Source: Octopus vulgaris
Taxonomy: Eukaryota
Direction of reading: 5' to 3'
Length of the DNA: 64,000 nucleotides
Assembly (NCBI GenBank): GCA_951406725.2
Contig: OX597815.1
Span: forward strand, 180,916,001 to 180,980,000
The notes under the pieces are model-generated. The model had not been told where the DNA came from, made no database searches, and worked only from the letters and a program-made list of their open reading frames with translations. The translations under genes were made by a program, and so were the position numbers. This document shows, in pieces, positions 40,903-58,209 of this stretch; the first letter of the stretch is position 1; each line of letters opens with the position of its first letter.

Positions 40903-42961
40903 TATATATAATAGTTGTTCTCTTTGTAATAACGAATTTAGGGAGATATTATTTCATAAAATTGTGCTTTGTTAAACTCTTTAGAAGAACGTAAAATTAA
41001 ATGTAAACATAAATTAAAGTACCTTTATAATAGATTTAAATGATAAATAAATAATTATATTATTTTTAAATCAATATTATAGTAATATAAATTACTTTCA
41101 AAATAATATATATGTATTTTATTTGATTACTTATTATTTAGACTTTAAATTTATAGTAAATAGTTTTTAAAAATTAAATGATATTTTATGTAATTATATA
41201 TTACATTTAACTTATCTTTAGTATTATTAAACCTTATCTTGTCTTATGTGGCTTTTTTTTATTGTAGATATTATCTAATAGTATTAGAGTTTTTTTACTG
41301 TTTTATTATAAATCATATTAATATTTTAAAAATAATGATGAATAATATTTGTTGCTGGTGAGTTTGAGATGAGTTTTCGGCTTCATCTGTTGCAGTTTTT
41401 AGGAAAGGTTGAATGGTAGGAGATAGTCGGCTGTGAATGAATTTGAAGTTAGTTGGCAGTTTGTTGTAGATTGGAATTTGTTAGTGATGGTAATTTATAA
41501 TGATATTAATAATGTTAATTTTTATGTTAATTATTATAATATTAATGGTCATAATATTTATAATCGCGTATAGCTTGTTACAGAATCCGGGTAGAGATGA
41601 TGAACAAGTAATACTTAATATACTATTTTTACTATTACTACTTTTATTAACTTTATTTGATTCATGAAGTTTAGATACTTCCCGTATTTCATTAATAATT
41701 TTCTTTTAGCCTTTTTCATTAATAGTTATGTTCTATTTTTCCATGCAACGTCTCCACGAGTTATATTTCTTATAATATTATTATTTACGTTTATAATATA
41801 GTGATTTTCTCTAATTAACTTAGCAACGTTATTTTCTCCTTTACTTTGGATTTGGATTTGGGGAGGGGGTTAATGTTTAGCTGGGATTAATTTTGCTATT
41901 GATATAATAATAGGTGTCTGTTATTTTTATTTGGGTTTTTTTTATATTAGTTTCTCCATTAGTTGTGTTTTTCTCAAATTTTTTAGTTGATGAGGCTTTA
42001 AGTTTTTCGTCTTTTCGTATTTTTCATTGATAATAATTTCACCACGTTCATTGAGTATTTATTGTATTCCACGCGATAAATTTTATAAACGTTTTTTTCG
42101 TATTTTTCGTTGTTAAAAGTTTTGCCACGTTCATTGAGGATTTATTCTATTTCTTTGCACTATGTATCCGCACGATAATTTTATAAACGCCTTAAATATA
42201 TATTTCTTTTAGAAATCAGTTACTCTTCATTCTTCGCTAAAGCTAAGTCTGATTTTTATCGTTTCTCTATTTCATTTGAATATTGAACCGTTGTGTGTTT
42301 GAAATTATTATTATTGTTGATATTATTTTTGTTTGATGTAATATTTTTATTTATTTATAGTTTCTTGATAGTATTTTTACGTCCGATGTTTAATTGTTAT
42401 AAAAGATTTTACGTTTTACATATTATTTAATTTGAGAAATAATAGTGTTTGACTTTATTTCTTATAATAATTAGATAATATTTTCATTAAATAGTATTAT
42501 TTTTAAATAAACTAGTTTTTATTTTAATATAAAGTTTATGTTTAACTTTTTTATCGTGTGATATATTAAATCTATAGATATTATACATGGATATTAATAT
42601 AACGAATTTATATAATGGATTTGAGTGTATTTGTACTATTTCAAATTTTTGATTGTATTTTTCATGAATGGAATCGATTGAGTTGATTAATTAGAAGCTT
42701 ATCATTTTAAAATCTAGATAGATTAACAGAATCGTAGAACTTAGTAATTTAGTTTGCTAATCAATATTAGTTAGTTCTTGCTATTATTTTGACTTTGATC
42801 GTTTTCATTATTGCTAATGTTATTGACTGGTTTGGTAGAGGACTGGTGATTGTGATTGTACATCTTCATAATTTATTGTTCTTTGGTTCTAATATTTTAG
42901 CACCTTTCTTTAATTTGGGGTTGATAGGTTTTCTTACTTTCCATTAACATATTATTCTCGC

Positions 42962-43006
<45 letters not shown>

Positions 43007-43045
43007 CGTATATTTATTAATAAATTATTTTATTGTTTTATTTTT

Positions 43046-43132
43046 AACCTGATGAGCGACTATATTTATAAGGAAATGCTTTCTCTACAACTATAATCAT
43101 TTCTTAATAATAGCAGCGAAACACGTGTCGTT
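43046..43132 (+). ncRNA. Minimal type I hammerhead ribozyme motif
   Basis: aac CUGAUGA GC...GC GAAAC ACGU GUC guu, with a long imperfect stem II. Confidence 0.65.
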
Positions 43133-43289
43133 TTTCTACTTATCATATACATTATATTACTTTTGTAATTTACTTAATCTTTACTTTTTATTGTTATTTT
43201 AATTTTAACTTTTCTATTATAGGTAATTTTCTAGATGGTGTAATTTAATTATTCATTTTGAATTGATAAAAGGTGTTTTCTTCTAATAT

Positions 43290-43385
<96 letters not shown>

Positions 43386-44683
43386 GCAATGAAAAATTGT
43401 AAAAATGCAGAATGCTCGATTGAAAGAAAATTCTAATGAATTGAGAAAATGAAAAAATATAGAAATATATATTTATTCAAACCGGTTTTCGTCATAGTTT
43501 GACTTATCAAGAATAGTTAGGTGAAAAGGTTTTTTTAAAAATGAGAAAGGGGAAAAAAAGTTGCATTGAAAAAAAGTTGCATTATCTAAAACGTAGATAA
43601 GGAACCTTATCTACGTTCTCACATGCGCTGGTTGCCAACATAATTATGTTGGACAAACGAATCTCCCGTTACGTAAACGAGTAACGGTGCATAAAGAACA
43701 AATAAATCTCCCGGAATACCGACAAATTCCACTGAGTGGCCACATAGACTCATGCGCTAAAGACTTAAACCCCAAATTCTATATATTCCCCTTCTACCAA
43801 TGTAAAGACGGCATCACCACACAGGAGAGAATTAACAAGGAGAATCTCTTTATTGAAAAATTCCAAACACAACTTAACATACAAACTCCTCGTTGATCAA
43901 ACTCCCCTTTTCTACCTCATTCTTCATGGATGGACTCACACAAATATATAAGGATACCATAGATTCATTACTTCAAGCAAAAACTTATACTCTTTAAATA
44001 TCATTTTTACTGTTGTTGTTATTACCATCATCTTTATTATTTATGATATAATAATCTGAAATGCAATTGTCTATGCAAATTTATATAATTAGAAAATAAT
44101 ATAAATAAAGTGTTAAAATCTGAAAGTTAAATTAACAAACAATTATATAAAAAAGATAATGCAAATGAAGCTAAAATGACAATTTTATAATTTGGGGTTT
44201 ATCAGCAGCTTTTATTGAAGAACTCAAAAGAGTTGTCTCCCCTTATTCACAACACAGGAACTGAAGAACCACAATTACTACTACTTCCTGTTTTGCCAAC
44301 ATCCTAAATTAAACCAAACAACACATTGCCTTAATCCCATTGGATCCTAATACCTCAAGGTAATTTTTTCATGAACAATCATTAAACTCAAGATACACAA
44401 CGAACTCACAATGTATTGGAGTACTTATTTTTTAATTTTTATACATATTTACTACTATTAATTTTTATACATATTTACTACTATTATTCTTTTGCAAAAA
44501 GCAATGCAACTTTTTTCCCCTTTCTCATTTTTAAAAAAACCTTTTCACCTAACTATTCTTGATAAGTCAAACTATGACGAAAACCGGTTTGAATAAATAT
44601 ATATTTCTATATTTTTTCATTTTCTCAATTCATTAGAATTTTCTTTCAATCGAGCATTCTGCATTTATACAATTTTTCATTGC
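43386..44683 (+). mobile_element. Penelope-like element fragment (GIY-YIG endonuclease, inverted terminal repeat)
   Basis: CAGCQHNYVGQT...RKRVTVH...KENLFIEKFQTQLN. 43386-43570 is the reverse complement of about 44500-44683. Confidence 0.8.
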
Positions 44684-44839
44684 TTATCATTTCTCCACGT
44701 GCGGTCAACACAACCTCACCATTTATTGATCTATATATATATATATACATATATATATACATATATATACATACACACACATAAATACATACATACATAC
44801 GTATATATATGTATGTATGTATAGATATATGTATGTTTA

Positions 44840-44878
<39 letters not shown>

Positions 44879-46051
44879 GACGGGCTTCTTCCAGTTTCCG
44901 TCTACCAGATCCACTTAAAAGGATTTGGTCGGCCCGAGACTATAGTAGACGTCACTTGCTCAAGTTGCCGCGTAGTAGGACTGACCCAGAACCACGTGGC
45001 TGGGAAGCAAGCATCTTACCACACAGCTTCCGCCCGCACCTATGATTAATTGATTTCCAAAAATGCGTTTCGTAAATTTAGGGGTGAGTGAATTGGTAAA
45101 GTTGTCAGAGCGCAGGACAAATATGGATGCGTGTGACATAGTGGAAAGGGTGTTGAATTCATGATCGTAAAATTATGGTTTCGATTCCATGACCGGGTGA
45201 TTCGTTGTGTTCTTGAGCAAAGCACTTCATTTCACATTGCTCCAGTCCGCTCAGCTGGCAAGAATGAGTTAATCCTGCATCCCGTCCAGTGGGGAAATAT
45301 AGTCATCGCGGAAACCAGGTAACCGGCCATATGAATCGATGTGATTCGAGAACGATCTATATAAACGCCTTGTGGTTTTTGTTATGGTTCCCTGAATCCC
45401 GAGTTCAAATCCTATCGCGATCAGTTTTCCATTTCAAACAAATCTCCAGTTCAACGAGAAGGTCAAGGCACCCAGCCTTGACCATCTCGTCTTTTCTCTA
45501 TTTATAGGGAACCTAGGATCTCATTATAACAATATGCCCTTTATTTAATCGATGGATTGTGATTTGAGGAAGATTTGGTTCTTATTTCTAGCAGGTCGAG
45601 CGGTCACGCAGTAATTCCCTCATTAGTTCCATAAGTGCCAGTCACATGACTCTGACCTCTCACTAAATTTCATTGTCCTGAATCATGGTAAAATCCATTT
45701 CTCAAACCAATTTTAACCGTTTGCTTGTCCTCTGTATTCCATCTAATACCCTAGCGTCCATGCATCATATATCATACACATTCCTAATTTTTCTTCCAAC
45801 TACCAGAGTGACATGAGACATGATAAGAAAGCTTTATTTTACTCAGAACGTATGAAACAAAGATTTGCTAAAAATTGGGAGGCAAGCACGGACGCTTAAG
45901 ACAAACTTCTGAAAACGCTTTGGACACTCAATGGGTTACAATTACTTCTTTATATTAGCAGCTCATTATTGAATATTTTCTCTTTGTTTTCCCCGTGTAA
46001 ATTAGTTGTAAATGTATTTTGATTGTAAATGTATATCTTAAATACTTACAG

Positions 46052-46302
46052 GATACCCAGCTGGCAAAGTAATAACTATGTTAGCAATATTGTTCATTCG
46101 AAAAACTTGGACAATGGCGTTACCATCTGTTACTCAAGAAAAGACGTTTAGACCCTGGACTCAGCCATGCACTCCGCATGCGAATACACACAGTGCTATA
46201 GCCTTACACATACATTCAGGAATCGCTACTTCCATTTTAAGAAGATTGAAATATGAAACGGAAGAAACATTAGCTCATTTAACATACTTGGAAAAAGCTG
46301 TG
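46052..46302 (+). CDS. Cytokine-like gene B, exon 2
   Basis: ttacag|GA TAC... encodes [40 protein letters not shown]...LTYLEKAV|gtaaat, 251 nt as in A. Confidence 0.88.
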
Positions 46303-46340
46303 GTAAATATGATTCCATATTTCAATAGATACGTTTTAAT

Positions 46341-46433
<93 letters not shown>

Positions 46434-46479
46434 ATATCTATATCTCTCTTTCTCCCTATATATATATTCATTTCTATAT

Positions 46480-46589
<110 letters not shown>

Positions 46590-46809
46590 CAATTACGAGG
46601 ATGATCCGGTCCGTGTTTTTTGTATCGTCTATTTGGATGTTTTGCGTTCTTGTCCCAATTGTATTTTACACACACACACACACATACACACACACACGCA
46701 CACACACACACACACACATTCTGTATGTATCCTTCAAAGAAAAATGTTAACCTTAATTCTATAAGCCCATAATAACCCTGAAGAAGTTCTGCTCCAATAT
46801 AGTTAAAAA

Positions 46810-47190
46810 CTAGCAGTATCGCCCGGCGTTGCTCAGGTTTGTAAGGGAAATAACTATAAAGCATTTTTAGAGAGTTATAGCCAAAAAATAGCAAAAAATG
46901 GAAAAAAATGATAGTAAATTTTTTTGAGAGTAAAAAAAGGTGGAGTTGCGTCCCCTAGACAGTTTGCGGTTTGTGTTTCTGATTCTCGACCCCATGTCGA
47001 ATTTATCGATTTTTTTCAGAACTGGGGGAACTTTTCAAAATTTTCGCTGCGTTAGTTTTGAATTATGACATTGGGCTATGTGTGTGTTAAGTTTCATCAG
47101 AATCGGTTGAAAGCCGTGGTCAGGGTGAGGGTACAAGCAAACAGACACACAGAAACACGCACAGACAAACTGCCGTTTATATATAGAGAG
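46810..47190 (+). mobile_element. Non-autonomous Helitron/HINE-like insertion
   Basis: Starts ctagcagtatcgcccggcgttgct and ends cagacaaactgccgtttatatatagagag. Clean empty site in gene A (atagttaaaaatgatgc, about 26236). No obvious TSD. Confidence 0.6.
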
Positions 47191-47412
47191 ATGATGCATT
47201 ACTTAGCAAATAAACCAAATGCTTAAAATTGCATATCAACAAGGGGCTGAAACATCTCTGTAGGTGTTTTCACATCTCTCATTTTCTTTTGAGCTTTACA
47301 ACATATATCATTTATTTGTATCGTAATGTTTTTAAAAAAATTTCAAACATCTTTATATCATACAAATAAATTATTCATACATCCATCTTTCTCCATTTCC
47401 TTTCTTTCTATT

Positions 47413-47459
<47 letters not shown>

Positions 47460-47497
47460 GTAATAATAATAATAATATATATATATATTTATATATG

Positions 47498-47530
<33 letters not shown>

Positions 47531-47644
47531 ACGGGAAGCTTTATGAAAATAAACAAAAGACGAAGGCAGGTGGAAAACAAACGAACAATTGTATTAGTAT
47601 GGCGCTCAGGAAATATAAATAAAACAAGTCTTTAACGTTTCGAG

Positions 47645-47699
<55 letters not shown>

Positions 47700-47884
47700 G
47701 TTATATTTGAGCGGTGGTGGAGTGATAGAGTGGTTGCATACTGTCAACATAACGTGACAGTCCCGTAAGGGAATTACAGCACCGCTGTTTAGCCCTAGGA
47801 AGCATCGACACTTCCTGTCGGCTTTGACACATTTCCTGTGTTCTTATATTTGCGAAGGGGAGGCAAGCACTCACACCAGATAGG

Positions 47885-47944
<60 letters not shown>

Positions 47945-48544
47945 TATTATTATTATTATTATTATTTGAGGGAATATTAATCCTAACTTACAGGGAAAAA
48001 TTCAATTCAGAAATACTAAATCAAATTTCACACAATATAATATATATATATATATATAAATTAGAAAAGAACCACCTTTTATCAATTCAAAATGAACAAT
48101 TAAATCACACCATCTAGAAAATTACATATAATAGAAATATTAAAATCAAAATATCAATAAAATACCGATGATTAAGGAAATTGCAGAAATAATAATAAAA
48201 GCGTATATAATTGGTAGAATATATATATACATACACATATATATATTTTTAATAATATGTTATCATTAATATTAGGAAATCAATATCAAAACTCATCAGA
48301 AAGATATACACGTGTGAAAAATAATTGTTGTATTATTAATAATAATATATTATTAAAAAATATATATGTATATAATCGCTCGTATTAAACATATAAATAT
48401 TTTAATAGAATTAATACTTTGATACAATTGAGCACTCAATATAAATTCAGTACGTAATATTCTCACTGAATATATTTAACTAAAGACATATATATATATA
48501 CACGGCGGTGCATCAGCTTGGCCGCAGCCCTGAGCTGAAACAAG

Positions 48545-48588
<44 letters not shown>

Positions 48589-48589
48589 T

Positions 48590-50499
<1,910 letters not shown>

Positions 50500-51098
50500 T
50501 GCAGGAGTGGCTGTGTGGTAAGAAGCTTGCTTTCCAACCACATGGTTCCGGGGTCAGTCCCACTGCATGGCACCTTGGGCAAGTGTCTTCTACTATAGAC
50601 TCGGGCCGACCTAAGCCTTGCGAGTGGATTTGGGAGATGGACACTGAAAGAAGCTCGTCGTATATATATGCATATATATCCACATTAACACTATTCTTAT
50701 ATATCCACACAGCCACTATTCATTTATATATTGTATATACATATATACCAGTCTAGTCATCTATCTATCTACGTATATATGTAAAAAGTGGTTTCAAAAA
50801 AATGTTTTTAAAATGTTATGAAATCTCTTACGAGGATGTTACAAACCTTTTTTGGGAAGAAATTTTACCATAATTAAATTATTCTAAATGATTCCATATA
50901 CTCGTTCTGCCTTGGTTTTGCTTTTTCTTCTTTATATAATATATACCTGGTTTAATAGAACTCTAATACGGATCCCTAGATCCACCATCAGCTGTGAACT
51001 TGGAACATAACGAACGACCAACGATAACACTTACTCAGCGTACCTCTTCGTTTAGATCACGTGAACTAAACCCCACATATTCTTTATATGTATGTATG

Positions 51099-51129
<31 letters not shown>

Positions 51130-52184
51130 ACGCGTGCATGTATATATATACGTATATCTGTATTTACTGAAAGTTTATTTTGACTGACACTTTTCTTATT
51201 TCAATCTATCTTCGTCGCCTTTAAATTTCGTTGAAGAATAATCCTTATCGTACATTTAATACATACAAATCATAAACTGAGTTTTCTTAAATGTCGGATT
51301 GATAAAAGACCATTCACTACAAATATCAGCATTCGTAGGGTTGTCTGTCCAATGCTGCTGTAGTTTAGCTTCCATCCATCATGCTAAACCAGACATGTTG
51401 CTTTATAACTGTTCGTGGGCACTGCTTATATAATCATCCGTAATATTTATTGAATTTGAGACGGCGAGCTGGCAGAATCATTAGCGTGCCGAGCAAAATG
51501 CTTAGTAGCATTTCGCCCGTCCTCACATTCTGAGTTCAAATTTCGCCGAGGTCGACTTTACCTTTTAACCTTTCGGAGTTGATTAATTGATTTATCCCCT
51601 CATCCAAAATTAATGGCCTTACACCAACATTTGAAACCGTTCCAGGTATTATTAAATTGGCTGCGTCAGGAGGCGAGATGGTCGAATCGTTAGCACGCCG
51701 GGCGAAATACTTAGCGGTACTTCGTCTGCCGCTACGTTCTGAGTTCAAATTCCGTCGAAGTCGACTTTGCCTTTCATCCTTTCGTGGTCGATAAATTAAG
51801 TACCAGTCAAGTACTAAAATGTGAACGACTTACCTCCTCTCCCATCCTTTAGGGGTTGATAAAATAAGTACCAGTTGTGCACTGGGCTTGATGTATTCGA
51901 CTGGCATCTATATTCGATATATTCGGCTGCTCTGAAATTGCTGGCCTTTACTTTTTTACTCTTTTTTACTTGTTTCAGTCATGTGACTGAGGCCATGCTG
52001 GAGCAACGCCTTTAGTCGAGCAAATCGACTCCAGGACTCATTATTTGTAAGCCTAGTATTTATTCTATCGGTCACTTTTTGCCGAACCGCTAAGTTACGG
52101 GAACGTAAACACACCAGCATCGGTTGTCAAGCGATGTTGGCGGGACAAACACAGACACACAAACATATACACACCCACACATAT

Positions 52185-52217
<33 letters not shown>

Positions 52218-52226
52218 TATATATAA

Positions 52227-52258
<32 letters not shown>

Positions 52259-52295
52259 GCATGTATGTACGTATGTATGTATGTATGTATGCATG

Positions 52296-52343
<48 letters not shown>

Positions 52344-52524
52344 TACGACGGGCTTCTTTCAGTTTCCGTCTACCAAATCCTCTCACAAGGCTTTGGTCGG
52401 CCCGAGGCTATAGTAGAATACACTTTGCCCAAGGTGCCAAGGGCCTTGTGCCAAAATTTGAACCCAATATATTTATATTATGGATACGCAGGGGTGAATA
52501 CTAGATAGTGATAATTGAAAATGC

Positions 52525-52804
52525 AATGTTATCAGCCCGAATATGCTTGATACACGTTCGAACTGGGAAACAAGCCACTCACTCTATTTTCTCACGGAGT
52601 ATATATCTCATTTGTTGACAAATGATCAGCTTGCAGTGCCACCTACTTAGACTCAAAGTCTAGGTAAGTGGTGCTGCGAGCTGACCTAAGTGTGTATACA
52701 CCATTTGTCAACAAACAGGATATATTCTGCGTGACAAAACGTAGTGAGTATCTTTTTCCCCAGTTCGAACGTGCATCAAGTATATTCCGACAGGTAATAA
52801 CATT
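52525..52804. mobile_element. Hairpin MITE-like element upstream of exon 3 (gene B)
   Basis: Paralog of 28977-29256. Confidence 0.7.
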
Positions 52805-52959
52805 CCAATATATTTAGACTATTCATCATCGGTTCCAGTATAACTTTCATTGACCACGGACTATGCATGCATGAATGTAAACAGAAATTCACCAATTTTG
52901 TTTCACCCTAATTTTCTTTTTAACGCACTCCCTAATATTTGGTTTTATATATTTTATAG

Positions 52960-53055
52960 ACCTATAGATTTAATAATGCAGAGATAGTTTCATATCTTGA
53001 AAAGCAAACTCTTCCCGGTTTTCCCAAGATACCAAGCGGTCAGTACAGCACACAG
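52960..53055 (+). CDS. Cytokine-like gene B, exon 3
   Basis: ttttatag|ACC...CAG|gtaact, 96 nt, TYRFNNAEIVSYLEKQTLPGFPKIPSGQYSTQ. Confidence 0.85.
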
Positions 53056-54031
53056 GTAACTCTCTGTTAACTGTTTTCTTTAAATCAGAAATCTCAGTAC
53101 CTGTTCCTTTTAGAATTAGAACAATTTTTTTTATTTCTTTATCACCCACAGGGGGCTAAACACAGAGAGGACAAACAAGGACAGGCAAAGGGATTAAGTC
53201 GGTTATACCGACCCCAGTGTGAAACTAGTACTTATTTAATCGACCCCGAAAGGATAAAGGCAAAGTCGACCTTGGTGGATTTGAACTCAGAACTTAACGG
53301 CAGATGAAATACCTGTTTCTTTACTACCCACAAGGGGCTAAACACAGAGGGGACAAACAATGACAGACACACAGATTAAATCGATTACATCGACCCCAGT
53401 GCGAAACTAGTACATATTTAATCGACCCCGAAAGGATGAAAGGCAAAGTCGACCACGGCGGATTTGAACTCAGAACTTAACGGCAGACGAAATACCGCTA
53501 AGCATTTCGCCCTGCGTGCTAACATTTCTGAATGCCCGCGACTCTTAAATATTCTTTTCTACTCTAGACACAAGGCCCGAAAGTTTTGGGGAGGAGGCCA
53601 GTCAATTAGAGCGACCCAGTATGCAACTGATACTTAATTTATCGACCCCGAAAGTATGAAAGACAAAGTCCTCATCGGCGGAATTTGAACTTAGAACGTA
53701 AAAACAGAGGAAATACTGCTAAGCATTTCGCCCGGCGTGCTAACGTTTCTGCCAGCTCCTCGCTGCGTTATGATTAAAACAATTGAAGAATATCTTGTTG
53801 CTAGTTGCTCTCTATTAGCTTATCTTTTATTCTTTTACTTGTTTCAATCATTTGACTGCAACCATGCTGGAGCACCTTGAAATGTTTTAGTCGAACCTAG
53901 GACTTACTTTTTGAACCCTAGTACTTATTCCATCGGTGTTTTTTGCCGAACCGCTATGTTATGGGGACGTAAACACATCACCACGGTTGTCAAGCGCTGG
54001 TGGGAACACACACAGACACACAGACACACAG

Positions 54032-54064
<33 letters not shown>

Positions 54065-54095
54065 TAATTACATACAAACATACATACATACATAC

Positions 54096-54126
<31 letters not shown>

Positions 54127-55442
54127 CATACATTCCGTTTACGAAATCCACTCACAAGGGTTTGGTTGATTCGAAGCTATAGCAGAAGACACTTGATCCC
54201 ACACAGTGGGACTGAACCCATAACCATGTGGTTAAGAAGCAAGCTTCTTACCACACGGCCACACCTGCCCCTATGAAAAGTATAACCATTAGTGTTTACA
54301 GTCGACTTAATTATAGCAGATAAGTTCCATCACTGTTGTCTCCCAGCATAGTGACTGTCTCGTTTACTTGCGTTGTGAATTTAATTTATCATTTTGAATG
54401 TTGTAATCAAAGAAATGACCTGGTGTAAAAACAAAACTAAATTTGTTACATCAATACGTGTTCGTCCCTATTTCGCTCATATATTCGTGAATATTTTTAT
54501 TTAAAGGTGATTCATTCATAAGAAGAAATCTTCTGCAGAAGTGTACCTGATAAGCATTTCATTAAAGGCACTGTGGTGTGTGGCGTAGCCAATACACCTA
54601 TTTCATAGTCTCCAAGTGCTCAGTTCTCAATAAGTAGTTGTTTCACTCTAGAAGATTACTGATTGAGCAAAACTATAACCAAATGTGTTCCAACTGTGAC
54701 TACCAAGTCTTTTGTGTGTCTTGCATTAGATTTTCTCGAGTGTCCTTCCTTTTTTGGGTCAGTAGAGTGGAATTTCTAGCAGGCTAAGCGACTTGCATAG
54801 CGACTCGGAAATAAATACCTTAAGCAAGTACAGGTCACCGTTTGAAATGTCTGCATAAATTCATCGATGTTATTACTTTAAACTGGCACTCCGTCGATTA
54901 CGACGACGAGGGTTCCAGTTGATCTGATCAAAGGAAACCCTAAAAGACGGCGAGCTGGCAGAAACGTGGCACAGTGTGACAAAACTGGCCCTTTGAATTA
55001 CTGCTACTTCTCATTTTTGCCAGCTGAGTGGACTGGAGCAACTAAATTGTCTTATTCAAGGATATAACACACTGCCGGGAATTGAACCCACGGCCTGCGG
55101 CCGTGCGCAAGTACCCTATCCACTACGTCACGCTCCTTGACTGTTATTCGCTTATAGTTCTTAGTTCAAATGTTCCCGTCCGTACAACATGGAGGAAAAT
55201 AAAAATGGGGTTGATTTGGTTCAATAGTTGCATTTATTGGAGATGAAGTGCACGAACGATACGCCAACTGCTAAGGGACTAATGAATTTCTTATCATTTA
55301 ATAATGACTTCATTAAAAATCACAAAATGCTAAATAACCTTATCTTACATTGCATCGTAAAATGCATCTTAAATTGTGAATTTATGCAAGTATAATCCTT
55401 TCTTTACGCGTAATGTATAACGCATAAATATTTCTTTTACAG

Positions 55443-55763
55443 AATAAAAGAGCTTTGTATAGAAGAGCTTTTGTGGCATTTTCAAAGGTAGCAGTATTCC
55501 TGGAACAAATGTATTCAGATGAAGATAATTTAGAAATGAGATATCAATTAAATGATTTACAATATGAAAATTTCTCAATACTCTGTAAACTACAAATTTT
55601 GCTTCGTACTACTGGTGTAAACAAAATGTTTGAGACACCGCGTTCTGTCATGTCCTACAAACTACGCCATCCTGGAAACACATTTAAAAGATATACAAGA
55701 GATTTCATAGTTATTTGCAGATATAGAAAGCTGCTACGTGGCTATCAGTATTATTATATTTAA
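55443..55763 (+). CDS. Cytokine-like gene B, exon 4
   Basis: ttttacag|AAT AAA AGA... encodes NKRALYRRAFVAFSKVAVFLEQMYSDE...LCKLQILL...RYTRDFIVICRYRKLLRGYQYYYI*, 321 nt as in A. Confidence 0.9.
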   Translation, partial: NKRALYRRAFVAFSKVAVFLEQMYSDEDNLEMRYQLNDLQYENFSILCKLQILLRTTGVNKMFETPRSVMSYKLRHPGNTFKRYTRDFIVICRYRKLLRGYQYYYI

Positions 55764-56572
55764 TTGAACAACCCCGTTATATTTTCTTTTTCACCAAACA
55801 CAAATATCACCCTCATTCAAGAATGGATATCTAAATATTGGATTATATTAATCTGAAGTATATTCATAGATATTATTTTTCAAGAACATTTAAAATAACA
55901 GAACATATCTCTTCAACATATCATACACAGTTCAAACTTAACTGGTTTCAACTACAAAATTTTATAAATTACTAAATTATTTAAATATATTTAAAATTAT
56001 ATATTTTTTCCACAATTTGCCTAGCAAAATATGCTAAATTTCCATATTTCATATCAAAAATTTAAATCGAGACATACGTCTGTTTATTGTTAATATTTAA
56101 AATATTTAAAATATATAAAATATATAAATTGTAAGGATTAAAATCTTACAGCATTCCACTCGAAACATTCCTGACGTTACTTGGTTGGTTTCTTTGAATA
56201 ACGGTGCTCGTATATCTCCAAATATGCTGCTGCTTTTAAAGAATAACAAGATATTAGGGCAATATATAAGAGATCTAAATTTCCTATTGAATATTTATAA
56301 TTTATACTTTCTCGTAAAGGTGTGAATCTCACAAAAGCTTTTTAAATAGCATTCTCATACCGGTGCTTTTATATAATTATTTATTATAATTTATGCTTTT
56401 AATTTATATTAAATTTTTAACACGTCTTTGTAATAGACTGTATAATGTCTCTCCACCCACCCACCCCACTTCATTTTTATATAACCTTGTTTATTCCAAC
56501 CCCACATGTTTCGTAACCCCTGTCTGTAACGGTTTTATTGTATGTATGAAAAGGCCTGTAGGCCATAATAAA
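55764..56572 (+). promoter_or_regulatory. AU-rich 3'UTR of gene B with candidate polyA signal
   Basis: Near-identical to 30607-31416, with AATAAA at 56567. Confidence 0.55.
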
Positions 56573-58158
56573 AAATAACATTGTTATTGTTGTTGTTATT
56601 GTTATTGAATATTGGTTTCAAATTTTGGCACAAGGCCAGCAATTTCGGTCAAGGGGCCAAGCCGATTATATTGACCCCATTGTTTAATTAGAACTTATTT
56701 TATCGATCTCAAAAGAATGAAAGGCAATGTCGATTCTGGAGGAATCTTTGTTGAATATTAACAAAAAAAAAAAACACGTTTGATTTCGGGGTCTGTAAAA
56801 TCTCGGCAATTTTCGCTCATTTTATCTAAATAGGGATACATTTTTGTCGAACTTATGTCATTTTGACAGAGAAATCGTGTCTCTTCCGTTTTGTCAGCTA
56901 CCTGTCTTGCCCAATTTTCCTGAATTGACGGAATTGTCACTTTTTAAACTTTACATTTGAAAAATTTGCACGTTTTTGAAAAACAAACATGGATTCGTGT
57001 AACGGAATCATAATGTTCATCATCGGAAAGGTGCACGGAGCTTCTCACCAACCAATAAATGGTATTAAGGCGACGAGATGGCAGATACGTTAGCTCGCCG
57101 GGCGAAATGCGTAGCCGTATTTCGTCTGCCGTTACGTTCTGAGTTCAAATTCCGCCGAGGTCGAATTTGCCTTTCATCCTTTCGGGGGTCGATAAATTGA
57201 TTACCAGTTGCGTACTGGGGTCAATATAACCGACTTAATCCGTTTGTGTGTCCTTTGTACACTCTGTGTTTAGCCCCTAGGTATTGAGGATTGGTGGCGG
57301 AGGAGAGCGACCACGTTCTCAGAGATGACATGGTAATCGACAAGAACCAAACAGCTAGTCTATTCCCGAGGACATTCGAGTGGGAGGCTAATATAAATCA
57401 CTTCTACATAGAAGCCGTTGGCCTGGCGGTGCTGCCAAGAGGTGCTACCAGTTCGAGATAACTTCTAAACTCATGAAATTGTCGTTAGTCGTGCCACTCG
57501 GAGATGTGTATCAAGGAAGGAAACCATTCTACACGCAACCAGGCAGTGTTCGGATATTGATGTCTTGCAGACTTATGCTGAACACTTGCTGTTGCGGGTG
57601 GACAGACTCCAGATATCAGCTTGGCTGCCCTTCTTTTATTCGAGCAGGGAAGGGGTTTTTCTCAGTCTGGTAGTTATGGAGAATGAGGTTGTGTGGGAGG
57701 CAAGGTTGAACGATTTGAAGATAGACTCTTCCCTCATGGGCCCAACACTCTTCAACTTTTTCGAGTTTCACTTAAGAGAAGTGAGAGTAGGAAGGGAAAC
57801 GCTTCCTCAAGTGAATTTATTGGAAAGTGAGTGAGACTTGTGAAAATGACAACGACGGATGGTAGCACTTGGCATAGACACATGGAATTCGAAGAACGAC
57901 AATACGGATCGTATTTACCTTTGGTGCAGTTGGTGGTCTTGAATTAAAAAGCATTCCTCGCTTGTTCCTAAATGGAAATCTTTTTGCATCAGGAGGACTG
58001 GATAATCATCGCCGATATTTTCTTAAAGATACATCAGGTTGACTTTGACTTTCATCCTTTCGTGGTCGACAAATTAGGGACCAGTGAAACGCTGGGGTCA
58101 ATGTAATCGACCTTTCCCCTCCCCCAAAATATCAGGCCTTATGCTTTTAATAGAAAGG

Positions 58159-58209
<51 letters not shown>

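Noticed and set aside
40900-42960. AT-rich block as an organellar insertion or gene
   Set aside because: No sustained ORF or recognisable mitochondrial gene. It is most likely a decayed retroelement, given the adjacent hammerhead motif.
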